DNA of 64,000 nt from Oscillospiraceae bacterium (GCA_017398685.1 JAFQFH010000001.1:1052-65051); one strand, 5' to 3'. Positions 1-8,302 are shown, counted from the first letter of the stretch. Notes: generated by a model from the letters alone, not told the origin. Program-made: numbers and translations.

Positions 1-638
1 AGCTGGACGGCGACGCCAGAGGCGGCGCGGCTCTTTCCATAAGAGCTGCCACCGGCAAGCCCATCAAGTTCATAGGCGTAGGCGAAAAGCTGGACATGAT
101 AGAGCCCTTCCACCCGGACCGTATGGCTTCCCGTATTCTGGGCATGGGCGATGTGCTGACCCTCATCGAAAAGGCCGAGCAGAGCTTTGACCAGCAGAAG
201 GCCCTTGAAGCTGCCGAAAGGCTCAAGGCCAACCGCTTCACTCTGGCCGACTATCTTGACCAGATGGCTCAGATAAAGAACATGGGTGATCTGGGCGAGC
301 TGATGGGCATGATCCCCGGCATGGATGCCAAGGCCCTCAAGGGCGCAAAGCTGGACGAGAAGGCTATGGCCCGTCAGGAGGCAATAATACTCTCCATGAC
401 AAAGGCCGAGCGTGAAAACCCCTCAATGCTCAACTCCAGCCGCAAAAAGCGCATTGCCGCAGGCTCCGGCACTTCCGTTGTGGATGTGAACAGGCTTTTG
501 AAGCAGTTTGAGGCCATGCAGCAGATGATGAAGCAGCTTTCCGGCAAGAACATGAGAAAGCTCCAGAAAAAGATGGGGCGCATGGGCGGCGGTTTCCCCG
601 GTATGGGCGGCGGCTTCCCCGGTGGCTTCGGCTTCTGA
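1..638 (+). CDS. ffh: Signal recognition particle protein Ffh, C-terminal part (5' end lies outside the window)
   Basis: The frame is open from base 3 ([12 protein letters not shown]...[10 protein letters not shown]). It has a Met-rich M-domain ([14 protein letters not shown]) and a G/F/P-rich tail. rpsP follows, as in the conserved ffh-rpsP arrangement. Confidence 0.9.
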   Translation, partial: LDGDARGGAALSIRAATGKPIKFIGVGEKLDMIEPFHPDRMASRILGMGDVLTLIEKAEQSFDQQKALEAAERLKANRFTLADYLDQMAQIKNMGDLGELMGMIPGMDAKALKGAKLDEKAMARQEAIILSMTKAERENPSMLNSSRKKRIAAGSGTSVVDVNRLLKQFEAMQQMMKQLSGKNMRKLQKKMGRMGGGFPGMGGGFPGGFGF

Positions 639-709
639 GTGAAAAAACTTTGTTTACTTACGCACTAGCGTTTGTAATATATGAAATAATTCTATGGAGG
701 TGAAAATAC

Positions 710-946
710 ATGGTTAAAATCAGACTTCGCAGAATGGGCGCAAAGAAGGCTCCCTTCTACCGCATCGTTGTCGCTGACTCCCGTTCTCCCCGTGACGGTC
801 GTTTCATCGAGGAGCTGGGCACCTACGATCCTTCCGCAGTGGAAAACAAGATCAAGGTCGACATGGAGCGCGCAAAGTACTGGATCGCAAACGGCGCACA
901 GCCCACCGATACCGTACGTGGCCTGCTGAAAAAGCTTGAGGCCTGA
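710..946 (+). CDS. rpsP: 30S ribosomal protein S16
   Basis: [41 protein letters not shown] is the canonical S16 N-terminus. A GGAGG sits upstream. Confidence 0.97.
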   Translation: MVKIRLRRMGAKKAPFYRIVVADSRSPRDGRFIEELGTYDPSAVENKIKVDMERAKYWIANGAQPTDTVRGLLKKLEA

Positions 947-965
947 TAAGGAGTAATCTACCGGC

Positions 966-1196
966 ATGAAAGAACTTTTGACCTACATCATACAGAGCCT
1001 TGTGGACCATCCCGATCAAGTCTCTGTGACCGAGCGCAAGGCCGACGGCGAGACCGTGTACGAGGTACGCGTGGCCGACGGCGACATGGGCAAGGTCATC
1101 GGCCGGCAGGGCAGGATCGTAAAGCAGATCCGTATTCTTATGCGGGCCGTTGCCCAGAGAAAGGGCAAAAAGGTTTCTGTTGAAATTCTTGACTGA
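966..1196 (+). CDS. KH-domain RNA-binding protein (YlqC-like)
   Basis: It carries the GKVIGRQGRIVKQIR KH GXXG motif. Its position right after rpsP is conserved in Firmicutes. Confidence 0.9.
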   Translation: MKELLTYIIQSLVDHPDQVSVTERKADGETVYEVRVADGDMGKVIGRQGRIVKQIRILMRAVAQRKGKKVSVEILD

Positions 1197-1207
1197 AACT
1201 ATGAAAA

Positions 1208-1260
1208 GACCATACATCAGGCTTGGAGAGGCCCGATGTACGGTCTTTTTCTTGTTTTTC
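1208..1260 (+). terminator. Rho-independent terminator after the KH gene
   Basis: gaccatacatc...gatgtacggtc forms an 11-bp stem with one mismatch, followed by TTTTT. Confidence 0.8.
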
Positions 1261-1284
1261 ACGAATATACTGACTTACTGTTTA

Positions 1285-1313
1285 TTGACTAAAGGTAATA
1301 ATCAGTATATAAT
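1285..1313 (+). promoter_or_regulatory. SigA-type promoter of the toxin-antitoxin operon
   Basis: TTGACT (1285-1290), a 17-nt spacer, then TATAAT (1308-1313). Confidence 0.7.
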
Positions 1314-1329
1314 AATTGTACAATAATTA
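1310..1329. promoter_or_regulatory. Imperfect palindrome, candidate antitoxin operator
   Basis: taataattgtacaataatta is symmetric around GTAC with one mismatched pair. It overlaps the -10 element and the likely transcription start. Confidence 0.45.
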
Positions 1330-1346
1330 CCGGAGGTGGAGCTGAC

Positions 1347-1613
1347 ATGTTTATTCGTTCCGCAACAGCGCTGAGAAATGACTACGATGGAATGGTAAAG
1401 CTTGCAAAAGAAAAGCAGCAGCCTATTTTCCTTACCCGCAACGGCGACGGAGAAATGGTTTTTCTTCCCATCGAAATGTGGGAGCAGCGCGAGACAGAGC
1501 TTGATATGCTCCATATGCTTTTGAAAAGAGAGCAAAACAGGCAGGCAGGAGCAAAAACCTTCTCCATGGATGAAATGAAAACAGCAACGGAGGACCTTCT
1601 CCGTGAAGATTGA
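1347..1613 (+). CDS. Type II antitoxin, Phd/YefM family
   Basis: It is 88 aa with an N-terminus typical of Phd/YefM (ALRNDYDGMVKLAKEKQQPIFLTRNGDGEMVFLPIEMWE). It overlaps the downstream toxin by 11 nt. Confidence 0.8.
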   Translation: MFIRSATALRNDYDGMVKLAKEKQQPIFLTRNGDGEMVFLPIEMWEQRETELDMLHMLLKREQNRQAGAKTFSMDEMKTATEDLLRED

Positions 1614-1911
1614 GTGGCTTTACGAGGCTCAGATGGAATATAAAGAGCTTCTTTCCTACTACAAGAACACTGTCGGTGTTCAAGCTGCGCGAAAATTTTC
1701 AGAAGAGATTCTGGGGACAATTGGCAAACTGGCATCCTTTCCTGAAATGGGTGTACTTAAAAGTGAACGTCTGTTGGGAAAGTATGGATTCCGCGCATTG
1801 TTTATAGGAAAATATGTTTGTATATACCGTGTGGATGAAGATGCTGTCCGCATTTTCCATCTGGCAGATGCCCGTAGTAATTATATGTATAACATCTTTG
1901 GAATAAGCTGA
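1603..1911 (+). CDS. Type II toxin, ParE/RelE family
   Basis: It is 102 aa with a ParE-like pattern (A..E...L..YY......AA.KF...I...I..L..FP..G....RALFIGKY.CIYRVDEDAVRIFHL). It overlaps the antitoxin gene. Confidence 0.8.
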   Translation: MKIEWLYEAQMEYKELLSYYKNTVGVQAARKFSEEILGTIGKLASFPEMGVLKSERLLGKYGFRALFIGKYVCIYRVDEDAVRIFHLADARSNYMYNIFGIS

Positions 1912-1921
1912 AAACAAAAGA

Positions 1922-1951
1922 GGGAGCAGCCGCAAATTTCCGGCTGCTCCC
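1922..1951. terminator. Bidirectional hairpin between convergent genes
   Basis: gggagcagccg / cggctgctccc forms an 11-bp perfect stem. Confidence 0.6.
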
Positions 1952-1963
1952 CAAATCTTTTAT

Positions 1964-2329
1964 TTACATCAGCGCAAAATAGAATATCACAAGAAGGATC
2001 AAAATTGAAAAAGCCGCAACACCCAGCATTTTCAGCTTTTCCTTCCAGCTTGCCCTGAAAAAGCTGACGATAAGATACAAAGCGCCGCCAGCAAAGCCTA
2101 TAAGGAACATTATAAGCATAATGCGGTTGCCCGGCTCATTGGCTGTGCCGTTCCACATGGTCATGGGCGCAGTTTTGCACATGCGCAGAAATCTTTCCAT
2201 CCTGTCCCAGAAAAGAGGCAGGCTGTCGATTATTTTTCCCGCCTCATATATGATTTTTTCAAAAAAGCCATTTACTGCGTCCATGAGATGTATGCTCCCT
2301 TCGCTCTGCCATTTGCTACAGTATAGCAA
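1964..2329 (-). CDS. Hypothetical small membrane protein
   Basis: The 121-aa ORF has two hydrophobic segments near the C-terminus. I recognise no family. Confidence 0.45.
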   Translation of the reverse strand: MLYCSKWQSEGSIHLMDAVNGFFEKIIYEAGKIIDSLPLFWDRMERFLRMCKTAPMTMWNGTANEPGNRIMLIMFLIGFAGGALYLIVSFFRASWKEKLKMLGVAAFSILILLVIFYFALM

Positions 2330-2436
2330 TTTACGGGCTTTATTTCAATTGAAATCACCACAAAGTTTCCCTTCCTATTGCAAAAAGGCAGGTTTTGGCA
2401 TATAATATTATGACGAATTTTCGTGTGGAGGCTCAG

Positions 2437-4017
2437 ATGCTTAAACTTGAGAAAAAACATGCGGCGCTTCTGGCTGTACTTATCATAATATCCGCAGTCT
2501 GTTTTCTCTTTGCCGGACGCAAGGACGGCATGTTTATCGACGAGATATACTCACTGGGCCTTTCAAACAGCCACTATGCCCCCTTCGTGACAGACATCAA
2601 GGGCGGGGACATGCGCGACACTGTCATGACCAGGCAGGAGCTTACGGACTACCTTTCCGTGGGTGAGGATGACCGCTTTGCCTATGGTTCGGTCTACTAC
2701 AACCAGGTAAACGACGTGCATCCCCCTCTCTACTACTGGCTTTTGCACACGGCCTACTCTCTCGCGCCCGGTGCCTTTTCCATGTGGCCGGGCTTGGTTT
2801 TGGACTATATCATATACATGGCCACGCTCATTATGCTATATGCCCTCGTGGTAAAGCTCCTTGAAAGCCGGCCCGCAGCTCTGGCGGCGGTGTGTCTGTA
2901 CGGTTTGAGCGTTATCGGCCTTTCCACCATGCTGATGATACGCATGTATGTGCTTCTCACCTTTTTCACGGTGCTTCTGGCCTACGCTGCCCTATGCGTA
3001 CTGCGGCAGGGCAGAAAAAGGGACTATGCCCTTTTGGGCCTGGGTATCTTCCTCGGGCTTCTGACCCAGTATTACTTTGTGTTTTACGCTTTCTTCCTTT
3101 GCGCCGCCGTGGTGATATGCCTTATTTGCAGGAAAGAGTTCAAAAAGGCCTTTGGCTTTGCCCTGTGCGCTTTCGCAGGTGTTGGGGTTTTCGTTCTGGT
3201 GTTTCCCGCCTGCTTTGACCATCTATTTGCCGATGCACTGGTCTCCGGCGGCAACGCTGTGGAAAACCTCAAAAACGTGGCTCAGTATTCCGAGCGTCTT
3301 GACTTTTTCAAGGAGGAGTGCGCCGAGCGTATGCGGGCCATACGCTATGTGAGCATTGCGCTGGCGGTCTTGTGCCTTGTGCGCTTTAAAAAGCTTATTG
3401 CAGATTTCAGGGCAAAGAAGCTCCGGCTGGACACGCTTATACTGCTGCTCCCCGCATTTGTGACCTATGTTCTGGTGGCTGTGATCTCCCCCGTGGCGGA
3501 GATACGCTATGTATATAACCTTATCCCTATATTCGTGCTGGGCGACGCGCTGATGCTCTTCTGGCTCATAACTGCGGACGGCGAAGGCTGGGCACAGCTT
3601 CTCAGATACGTGCCGGTGTTGCTTATCGGTGCGATAGCCCTCTGGTACGCCCGAACCCTGCCCCCCGACTATCTCTATGAGGAGCATGAGGAGCTGAACA
3701 CCATGCTCTCGGAGTACGCGGATGCGCCCTGTGTGTACATGGACGATAATTACCCTGCGCCCATCACCTTTGATATGATGCAGCTCATGCTGTTTGATGA
3801 TTTTCTCATAACAGCCGATGCCGCATCTCCCGCCATTGCCGACTACCTTGCAGGCAGCGGGCGCATGGTGGTATTCATAGACATAAGCGAGTTCTGGGCC
3901 AGCGGCTTTGATGCCGATGAAATTCTGGACAAGCTCTCCCTCAGCACCGGCTTTGAAAATATTACACCCCTGTATTCCAACGGTTTTTCCGATGTATATC
4001 TGATGGAGGATATATAA
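2437..4017 (+). CDS. GT-C fold polytopic membrane glycosyltransferase (ArnT/PMT/GT39-like)
   Basis: It has many TM helices and an early periphery-facing DE motif (FIDEIYS). The ATG at 2437 follows GGAGG; an alternative upstream start is at 2395. It is adjacent to GtrB-like and GtrA-like genes. Confidence 0.7.
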   Translation: MLKLEKKHAALLAVLIIISAVCFLFAGRKDGMFIDEIYSLGLSNSHYAPFVTDIKGGDMRDTVMTRQELTDYLSVGEDDRFAYGSVYYNQVNDVHPPLYYWLLHTAYSLAPGAFSMWPGLVLDYIIYMATLIMLYALVVKLLESRPAALAAVCLYGLSVIGLSTMLMIRMYVLLTFFTVLLAYAALCVLRQGRKRDYALLGLGIFLGLLTQYYFVFYAFFLCAAVVICLICRKEFKKAFGFALCAFAGVGVFVLVFPACFDHLFADALVSGGNAVENLKNVAQYSERLDFFKEECAERMRAIRYVSIALAVLCLVRFKKLIADFRAKKLRLDTLILLLPAFVTYVLVAVISPVAEIRYVYNLIPIFVLGDALMLFWLITADGEGWAQLLRYVPVLLIGAIALWYARTLPPDYLYEEHEELNTMLSEYADAPCVYMDDNYPAPITFDMMQLMLFDDFLITADAASPAIADYLAGSGRMVVFIDISEFWASGFDADEILDKLSLSTGFENITPLYSNGFSDVYLMEDI

Positions 4018-4019
4018 AT

Positions 4020-4946
4020 ATGATATCTGTTATTCTGCCCTCCTACAACGAGGAAAAAATGATCCAGACCGCAGCTGACACTGTTGCGGGCATACTCAAA
4101 AGCGAGAATATAGCCTACGAGCTGGTTTTCGTTGACGATGGCTCAAAGGACAAGACCTGGGAAAACATCGTCCTTGCCAACAAGAATGACCCCTGTGTCA
4201 CCGGCGTTCACTTCAGCCGCAATTTCGGCAAGGAAGCCGCCATGTTCGCCGGGCTTGAAAAGGCTCGGGGTGACTGCTGCGTGGTCATTGACTGCGACCT
4301 TCAGCACCCGCCCGAGAAGATAGTTGAGATGTACAGGCTCTGGGAGCAGGGCTATGAAGTGGTTGAAGGCATCAAGGAAGACAGGGGCGAGGAGTCCGCT
4401 TTCCACAAGTTTGCCGCAAACAGCTTCTATTCTCTCATAAGCGGCGCCACCGGCATGGACATGGCCTCCTCTTCCGACTTCAAGCTTCTTGACCGCAAGG
4501 TGGTGGACACCCTCAACAGTCTGCCCGAGCGGAATGTTTTCTTCCGCGCCCTCTCCTTCTGGGTGGGCTACAGGAAGGCCACCGTGTACTACAGCGTGCA
4601 GGAGCGCACCGCCGGTGAGAGCAAGTGGTCCACCAAGGCGCTGGTGAAGTACGCCCTTACAAACATCACCTCTTTCTCCTCCGCTCCCCTGCACATCATC
4701 ACAGTGCTGGGCTTTGTGATGATGGCTATAAGCGTGGTGTTTGGTGTTATCGCCCTTGTGCAGAAGCTCAACGGCGCAGCCGTGGCAGGCTTTACCACAG
4801 TTATCATCCTGCTGCTCTTCGCCAGCAGCGCCATCATGATAAGCCTTGGCATTATCGGCTACTATGTGGCCCGCATCTATGACGAGATCAAGGGCCGCCC
4901 CCGCTATATTATTTCTCAGATGATCGGAGAAGGCTATGATAGATAA
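4020..4946 (+). CDS. GT2 polyprenyl-phosphate glycosyltransferase (GtrB/CsbB/ArnC-like)
   Basis: SVILPSYNEE, VFVDDGSKD and the DCDLQHPPE (DXD) motif, plus two C-terminal TM helices. Confidence 0.9.
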   Translation: MISVILPSYNEEKMIQTAADTVAGILKSENIAYELVFVDDGSKDKTWENIVLANKNDPCVTGVHFSRNFGKEAAMFAGLEKARGDCCVVIDCDLQHPPEKIVEMYRLWEQGYEVVEGIKEDRGEESAFHKFAANSFYSLISGATGMDMASSSDFKLLDRKVVDTLNSLPERNVFFRALSFWVGYRKATVYYSVQERTAGESKWSTKALVKYALTNITSFSSAPLHIITVLGFVMMAISVVFGVIALVQKLNGAAVAGFTTVIILLLFASSAIMISLGIIGYYVARIYDEIKGRPRYIISQMIGEGYDR

Positions 4947-5433
4947 ACTCTTTGAACTGGCGTTCAAAATAATAAGAGCCGTGTTCCGCAAGGGCGAAAC
5001 CGGCGAAAAGCTCATAGGGCTTTTGAAAAAGTACAGGGAGATACTGGTCTACCTCTTTGTGGGCGGCCTTACAACCGTTGTGGCTCTGGGTGCAAAGTTC
5101 CTTTTCAATATAGTTGTGTACGAAGGCACCGCCCATCCCACCACCGTGCAGAACTTCATCCTCAGCATGGTCAACTGGGTGTCCGGCGTAGCCGCAGCTT
5201 ACCCCATGAACCGCAGCTGGGTCTTCCAGAGCACTGACCCCAACATCCTCAAGGAGCTTTGGAGCTTTGTTCTGTCCCGCGTGGCTACGCTGATCATGGA
5301 CATCGTTGTGATGCAGGTGCTGGTGCTGCTGGGCATGAACATGTACGTTGCCACCATCATCTCCGCAGTCCTTGTTGTCATCGGCAACTATATATTTTCC
5401 AAGTTCTTCGTGTTCAAGAATAAAGCTGAATAA
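4936..5433 (+). CDS. GtrA-family membrane protein (putative lipid-linked sugar flippase)
   Basis: It is 165 aa with four TM segments and a GtrA-like YLFVGGLTTVV N-terminus. It overlaps the GT2 gene by 11 nt. Confidence 0.85.
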   Translation: MIDKLFELAFKIIRAVFRKGETGEKLIGLLKKYREILVYLFVGGLTTVVALGAKFLFNIVVYEGTAHPTTVQNFILSMVNWVSGVAAAYPMNRSWVFQSTDPNILKELWSFVLSRVATLIMDIVVMQVLVLLGMNMYVATIISAVLVVIGNYIFSKFFVFKNKAE

Positions 5434-5438
5434 GACTC

Positions 5439-5471
5439 AAAAAGCTCACTGCTTCGGCAGTGAGCTTTTTC
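5439..5471 (+). terminator. Rho-independent terminator
   Basis: aaaagctcactgc-ttcg-gcagtgagctttt followed by a T run. Confidence 0.85.
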
Positions 5472-5487
5472 GTCAAATTTTGCATTT

Positions 5488-5769
5488 TTATTTTTTGGTT
5501 TTTCCCATGGCGAAGAGGAACACTATAGTCAGCACTGAAAGGGCGATTATCGCGCTGACCAGTGATATTTCGTACGGAAATGGAAGAATATTCCTCAAAA
5601 GAACCAATACCACAAGTGCGGCAATGTCCACCAGCATCTGCACGCGCCTTGCGTTTTTTGCCGCTTTTATATCCTTCTTCTCCAGCGCCTTTCGGGCAAT
5701 GCGGCTGTTTGCAAAGGCCGCCGCTGCGCCCCATACTACACCGAAAAGCACAGCAAAAATATTGTTCAC
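5488..5769 (-). CDS. Hypothetical small membrane protein
   Basis: The 93-aa ORF has three hydrophobic segments and an AGGAGG-like site upstream on the minus strand. Confidence 0.5.
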   Translation of the reverse strand: MNNIFAVLFGVVWGAAAAFANSRIARKALEKKDIKAAKNARRVQMLVDIAALVVLVLLRNILPFPYEISLVSAIIALSVLTIVFLFAMGKTKK

Positions 5770-5917
5770 AGTGCTTCCTCCTTTTTTGTCATTGCTCTCA
5801 TACTATTATATACTAGCACAAAACTATTGCGCAGCCAACAATTTTTGCCGTCACTTCGCAATTTTGCCGGGGTTATAGCGCATTTTTCGGCAGATACTAT
5901 CTGCGAGGTGATGAAAA

Positions 5918-6091
5918 ATGAGTCCTAAAGAACTGCTTTATATCGATGACGCTCTCGGACACACTCAGTTTCTCATGAACCAGTGCCGTACCGCCGCAAG
6001 TCAGCTGACCGACCCTGTGCTCCGTCAGCAGGCTCAGGAGCTGGTGAACCGCAACCAGAAGCTGTTCACCCAGTTTTACGATCTGGTATAA
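5918..6091 (+). CDS. Small protein (57 aa) paired with the CotF-like gene; below the cutoff of the ORF track
   Basis: ATG at 5918 preceded by GAGGTG; translation MSPKELLYIDDALGHTQFLMNQCRTAASQLTDPVLRQQAQELVNRNQKLFTQFYDLV. The TAA stop lies inside the GGAGG of the next gene. Confidence 0.5.
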   Translation: MSPKELLYIDDALGHTQFLMNQCRTAASQLTDPVLRQQAQELVNRNQKLFTQFYDLV

Positions 6092-6101
6092 GGAGGAAAT
6101 T

Positions 6102-6350
6102 ATGAACGACAGAGACATCATGGAAAACATCCTCATGACCACAAAGGGCGTGTGCGACCTCTATCTGCACGGCTCCATCGAGTCCTCCACGCCCAAGGTG
6201 CATCAGGCTTTCAGCACCGCCCTCAACGACTCTTTGTGCATGCAAAACAGCATCTACAAGCACATGTCCGACAAGGGCTGGTACACTACCCAGCAGGCTC
6301 AGCAGCCTCAGATGCAGCAGGTCAAGCAGAAATACTGCTGTATGCAGTAA
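6102..6350 (+). CDS. Spore coat protein, CotF-like
   Basis: MNDRDIMENILMTTKGVCDLYLHGSIESSTPKVHQAF...MSDKGWY matches the Coat_F-type pattern. Confidence 0.75.
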   Translation: MNDRDIMENILMTTKGVCDLYLHGSIESSTPKVHQAFSTALNDSLCMQNSIYKHMSDKGWYTTQQAQQPQMQQVKQKYCCMQ

Positions 6351-6366
6351 CCGGCTCAGAGCAAAG

Positions 6367-6400
6367 CAAAAACCATCGGGAAAACTCCCGATGGTTTTTG
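6367..6400. terminator. Bidirectional terminator
   Basis: caaaaaccatcggga / tcccgatggtttttg forms a 15-bp stem flanked by A/T runs. Confidence 0.85.
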
Positions 6401-6404
6401 CTGT

Positions 6405-7595
6405 TCAGCCTTGTGCGCCGTAGAGCTTCGCCATGTCTTCCTCGGCTGCGGATACATAGTACCATGCTCCCCGCACTTCCGGCGAAGTGCAGCCAATGCC
6501 TATATAGTCATTGAACATCACATTCAAATGGTTTATGGTAATGGCTTCGCTGTATGGGTTCAAAACCTCGTTTATCATGTCCCGCCACTGGTACACCAGA
6601 CACACCGCATAGCTGTGCGCCGGTTCGCCCAGCATTCTCGGGGAGTGGGGCATGATATGGAAATTTATGTCCTCACTTTTGCACATAAGCGCCTGACGCA
6701 GGAAAAAGGCAATATTGGCAGCAGAAAGGTCCGTATCCACGCTTTCGGAAATAATGTCTATCACCTTGCCCACGTTGGGGATATTTCCGAGAGATATGAA
6801 CTGTCTGGCACAGGATTTGAGGAAATCGTGCTGCACCTTGATGCGGCCTATGTCGCCTTCCTCATAGCCGTGGCGGTAGCGGACAAGCCCCATGCACTGG
6901 AAACCGCTGAGGGTCTGCTTGCCCGGGTATATGTAGTTGTAGGAATCCTCCCACTCGCCGTCCACCATGGTGTAGTCCTCAAAGTATATTTCCTGAGGTA
7001 CATCGTACTCCACTCCGCCAAGGGCATCTATGGTATCAATAAAGGCCTCCAGACTCACTATGGCGTAGCAATCAACATCAAAGCCGATAAGCTCCTTTAT
7101 CCTGAGCTTTATCTGCTCTGCCGGATCCTGTCCCGCATTTCTCGCTTTGTAGACCACGGAATTTATCTTTCGTACATCCCAGTCCATATTTATAAGGGTA
7201 TCTCTGGGAATGCTGACAAAGTCCATCTTGTGATTGACAGTGTCGATCTTGCCGACAAGAATTGTGTCCGTATTACCGGTCCACTTATCTTCCCCCACAA
7301 GCAGCACCGTATACACGCCGTCCTGCCGTATATTTTCCGGTGCAATCGCTTTTTCAAGCGGATTTTCAGTGGGCGCCGGTGTGGCTTCAGGCGTGGGTGC
7401 GGGGGAGGCTTCCTCCGGTACTATCATCTCCTGGACAACTGCCGCTGTCTCCGCCGGGGCAGGCTTGCTCTCTGCTATGTCGGGAGCCTGCTCCCACAGC
7501 ATATAGGCAGCCGCGCCGCCAACAACAAGCACAGTCAGCACAATTACCGCTATACGAAACACTTTGCGCGCTTTTCTGAAATTTCTTTTTCGCAT
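6405..7595 (-). CDS. LytR-CpsA-Psr (LCP) family cell-wall glycopolymer ligase
   Basis: N-terminal TM anchor, a P/A/E-rich linker, then the LCP core (VLLVGEDKWTGNTDTILVGKID...FVSIPRDT). Confidence 0.9.
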   Translation of the reverse strand: MRKRNFRKARKVFRIAVIVLTVLVVGGAAAYMLWEQAPDIAESKPAPAETAAVVQEMIVPEEASPAPTPEATPAPTENPLEKAIAPENIRQDGVYTVLLVGEDKWTGNTDTILVGKIDTVNHKMDFVSIPRDTLINMDWDVRKINSVVYKARNAGQDPAEQIKLRIKELIGFDVDCYAIVSLEAFIDTIDALGGVEYDVPQEIYFEDYTMVDGEWEDSYNYIYPGKQTLSGFQCMGLVRYRHGYEEGDIGRIKVQHDFLKSCARQFISLGNIPNVGKVIDIISESVDTDLSAANIAFFLRQALMCKSEDINFHIMPHSPRMLGEPAHSYAVCLVYQWRDMINEVLNPYSEAITINHLNVMFNDYIGIGCTSPEVRGAWYYVSAAEEDMAKLYGAQG

Positions 7596-7695
7596 TCCGC
7601 GAGACTCCTTTCAGGGATTTTCCGCTGTATTATACCACCATTATTCCGTATCAACAAGCTTTCAAAAATATTTGCATTTGCCCTCGAAAAAACGC

Positions 7696-7723
7696 TTGAC
7701 AAATGAGAAAATAAATGTATAAT
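7696..7723 (+). promoter_or_regulatory. SigA-type promoter of tRNA-Gln
   Basis: TTGACA (7696-7701), a 16-nt spacer, then TG-TATAAT (7716-7723). Confidence 0.75.
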
Positions 7724-7736
7724 AATCCTTGCGTTT

Positions 7737-7810
7737 AGCGGGATTGTGTAAAGGTAGCACAGCGGACTCTGACTCCGTATGTGAGGGTTCGAATCCTTCT
7801 CCCGCTGCCA
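7737..7810 (+). tRNA. tRNA-Gln (anticodon CTG)
   Basis: Hand-folded cloverleaf: acceptor agcggga/tcccgct, D stem gtgt/gcac, anticodon stem gcgga/tccgt with loop ctCTGac, T arm gaggg-ttcgaat-ccttc, encoded CCA. Confidence 0.85.
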
Positions 7811-7815
7811 AAGTA

Positions 7816-7850
7816 AAAAAGTCCGTCCGTCAGGATGGGCTTTTTTGTTT
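7816..7850 (+). terminator. Terminator after tRNA-Gln
   Basis: gtccgtcc-gtca-ggatgggc (with G:U pairs) followed by TTTTTTGTTTT. Confidence 0.7.
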
Positions 7851-7865
7851 TCTCATGTGGGTATA

Positions 7866-7882
7866 GATTCGAACCCTCACAT
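7866..7882 (-). repeat. Inverted 17-nt copy of the tRNA-Gln variable/T-arm segment
   Basis: gattcgaaccctcacat is the exact reverse complement of 7779-7795. Confidence 0.9.
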
Positions 7883-7917
7883 TATTTCAATCGCGTCGCG
7901 TCAGCGCCAAAGGCGCT

Positions 7918-7945
7918 GAGGGTTCGAATCCTTCTCCCGCTGCCA
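7918..7945 (+). repeat. Direct 28-nt copy of the tRNA-Gln 3' end (T arm, acceptor, CCA); tRNA fragment
   Basis: gagggttcgaatccttctcccgctgcca is identical to 7783-7810. There is no matching 5' acceptor strand upstream. Confidence 0.9.
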
Positions 7946-7981
7946 AAAGAACTCATTGCTTTCGCAATGAGTTCTTTTTTT
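7946..7981 (+). terminator. Hairpin plus T-run after the tRNA fragment
   Basis: gaactcattgc-tttc-gcaatgagttc followed by TTTTTTT. Confidence 0.7.
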
Positions 7982-8100
7982 GCGGTCGAACACGCCTTGA
8001 CGCCAATGCCGTTCCCACTGCATTGTCATTTGCGGCAACGGCGCGTCTGCGGAGCTGAGTGAGCTGCTTTATCTGCCACAGGCAGCGCCGCTCTCTCAGC

Positions 8101-8155
8101 CTCCCGCTGCCAAAGTGAAAAAGTCCGTCCGTCAGGATGGGCTTTTTTGTTTTCA
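8101..8155 (+). repeat. 55-nt direct repeat of the tRNA-Gln 3' tip plus its terminator
   Basis: It matches 7799-7853 at 54 of 55 positions (ctcccgctgccaaagtGaaaaagtccgtccgtcaggatgggcttttttgttttc). Confidence 0.9.
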
Positions 8156-8162
8156 TGCTGCC

Positions 8163-8198
8163 AAAAACCTCAGACTTCGGTCTGAGGTTTTCTTTTTC
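8163..8198 (+). terminator. Orphan hairpin plus T-run in noncoding DNA
   Basis: acctcagac-ttcg-gtctgaggt followed by tttctttttc. Confidence 0.55.
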
Positions 8199-8302
8199 AT
8201 TAAGCTTCTGTTTTACTTCCCCCTTGTCGGCATAGCCGCCGAGGTCTCCGCTAAAAATGTGCCACCGGCACATTTTCATTACGCTACGGCTCCCGCACAT
8301 GA

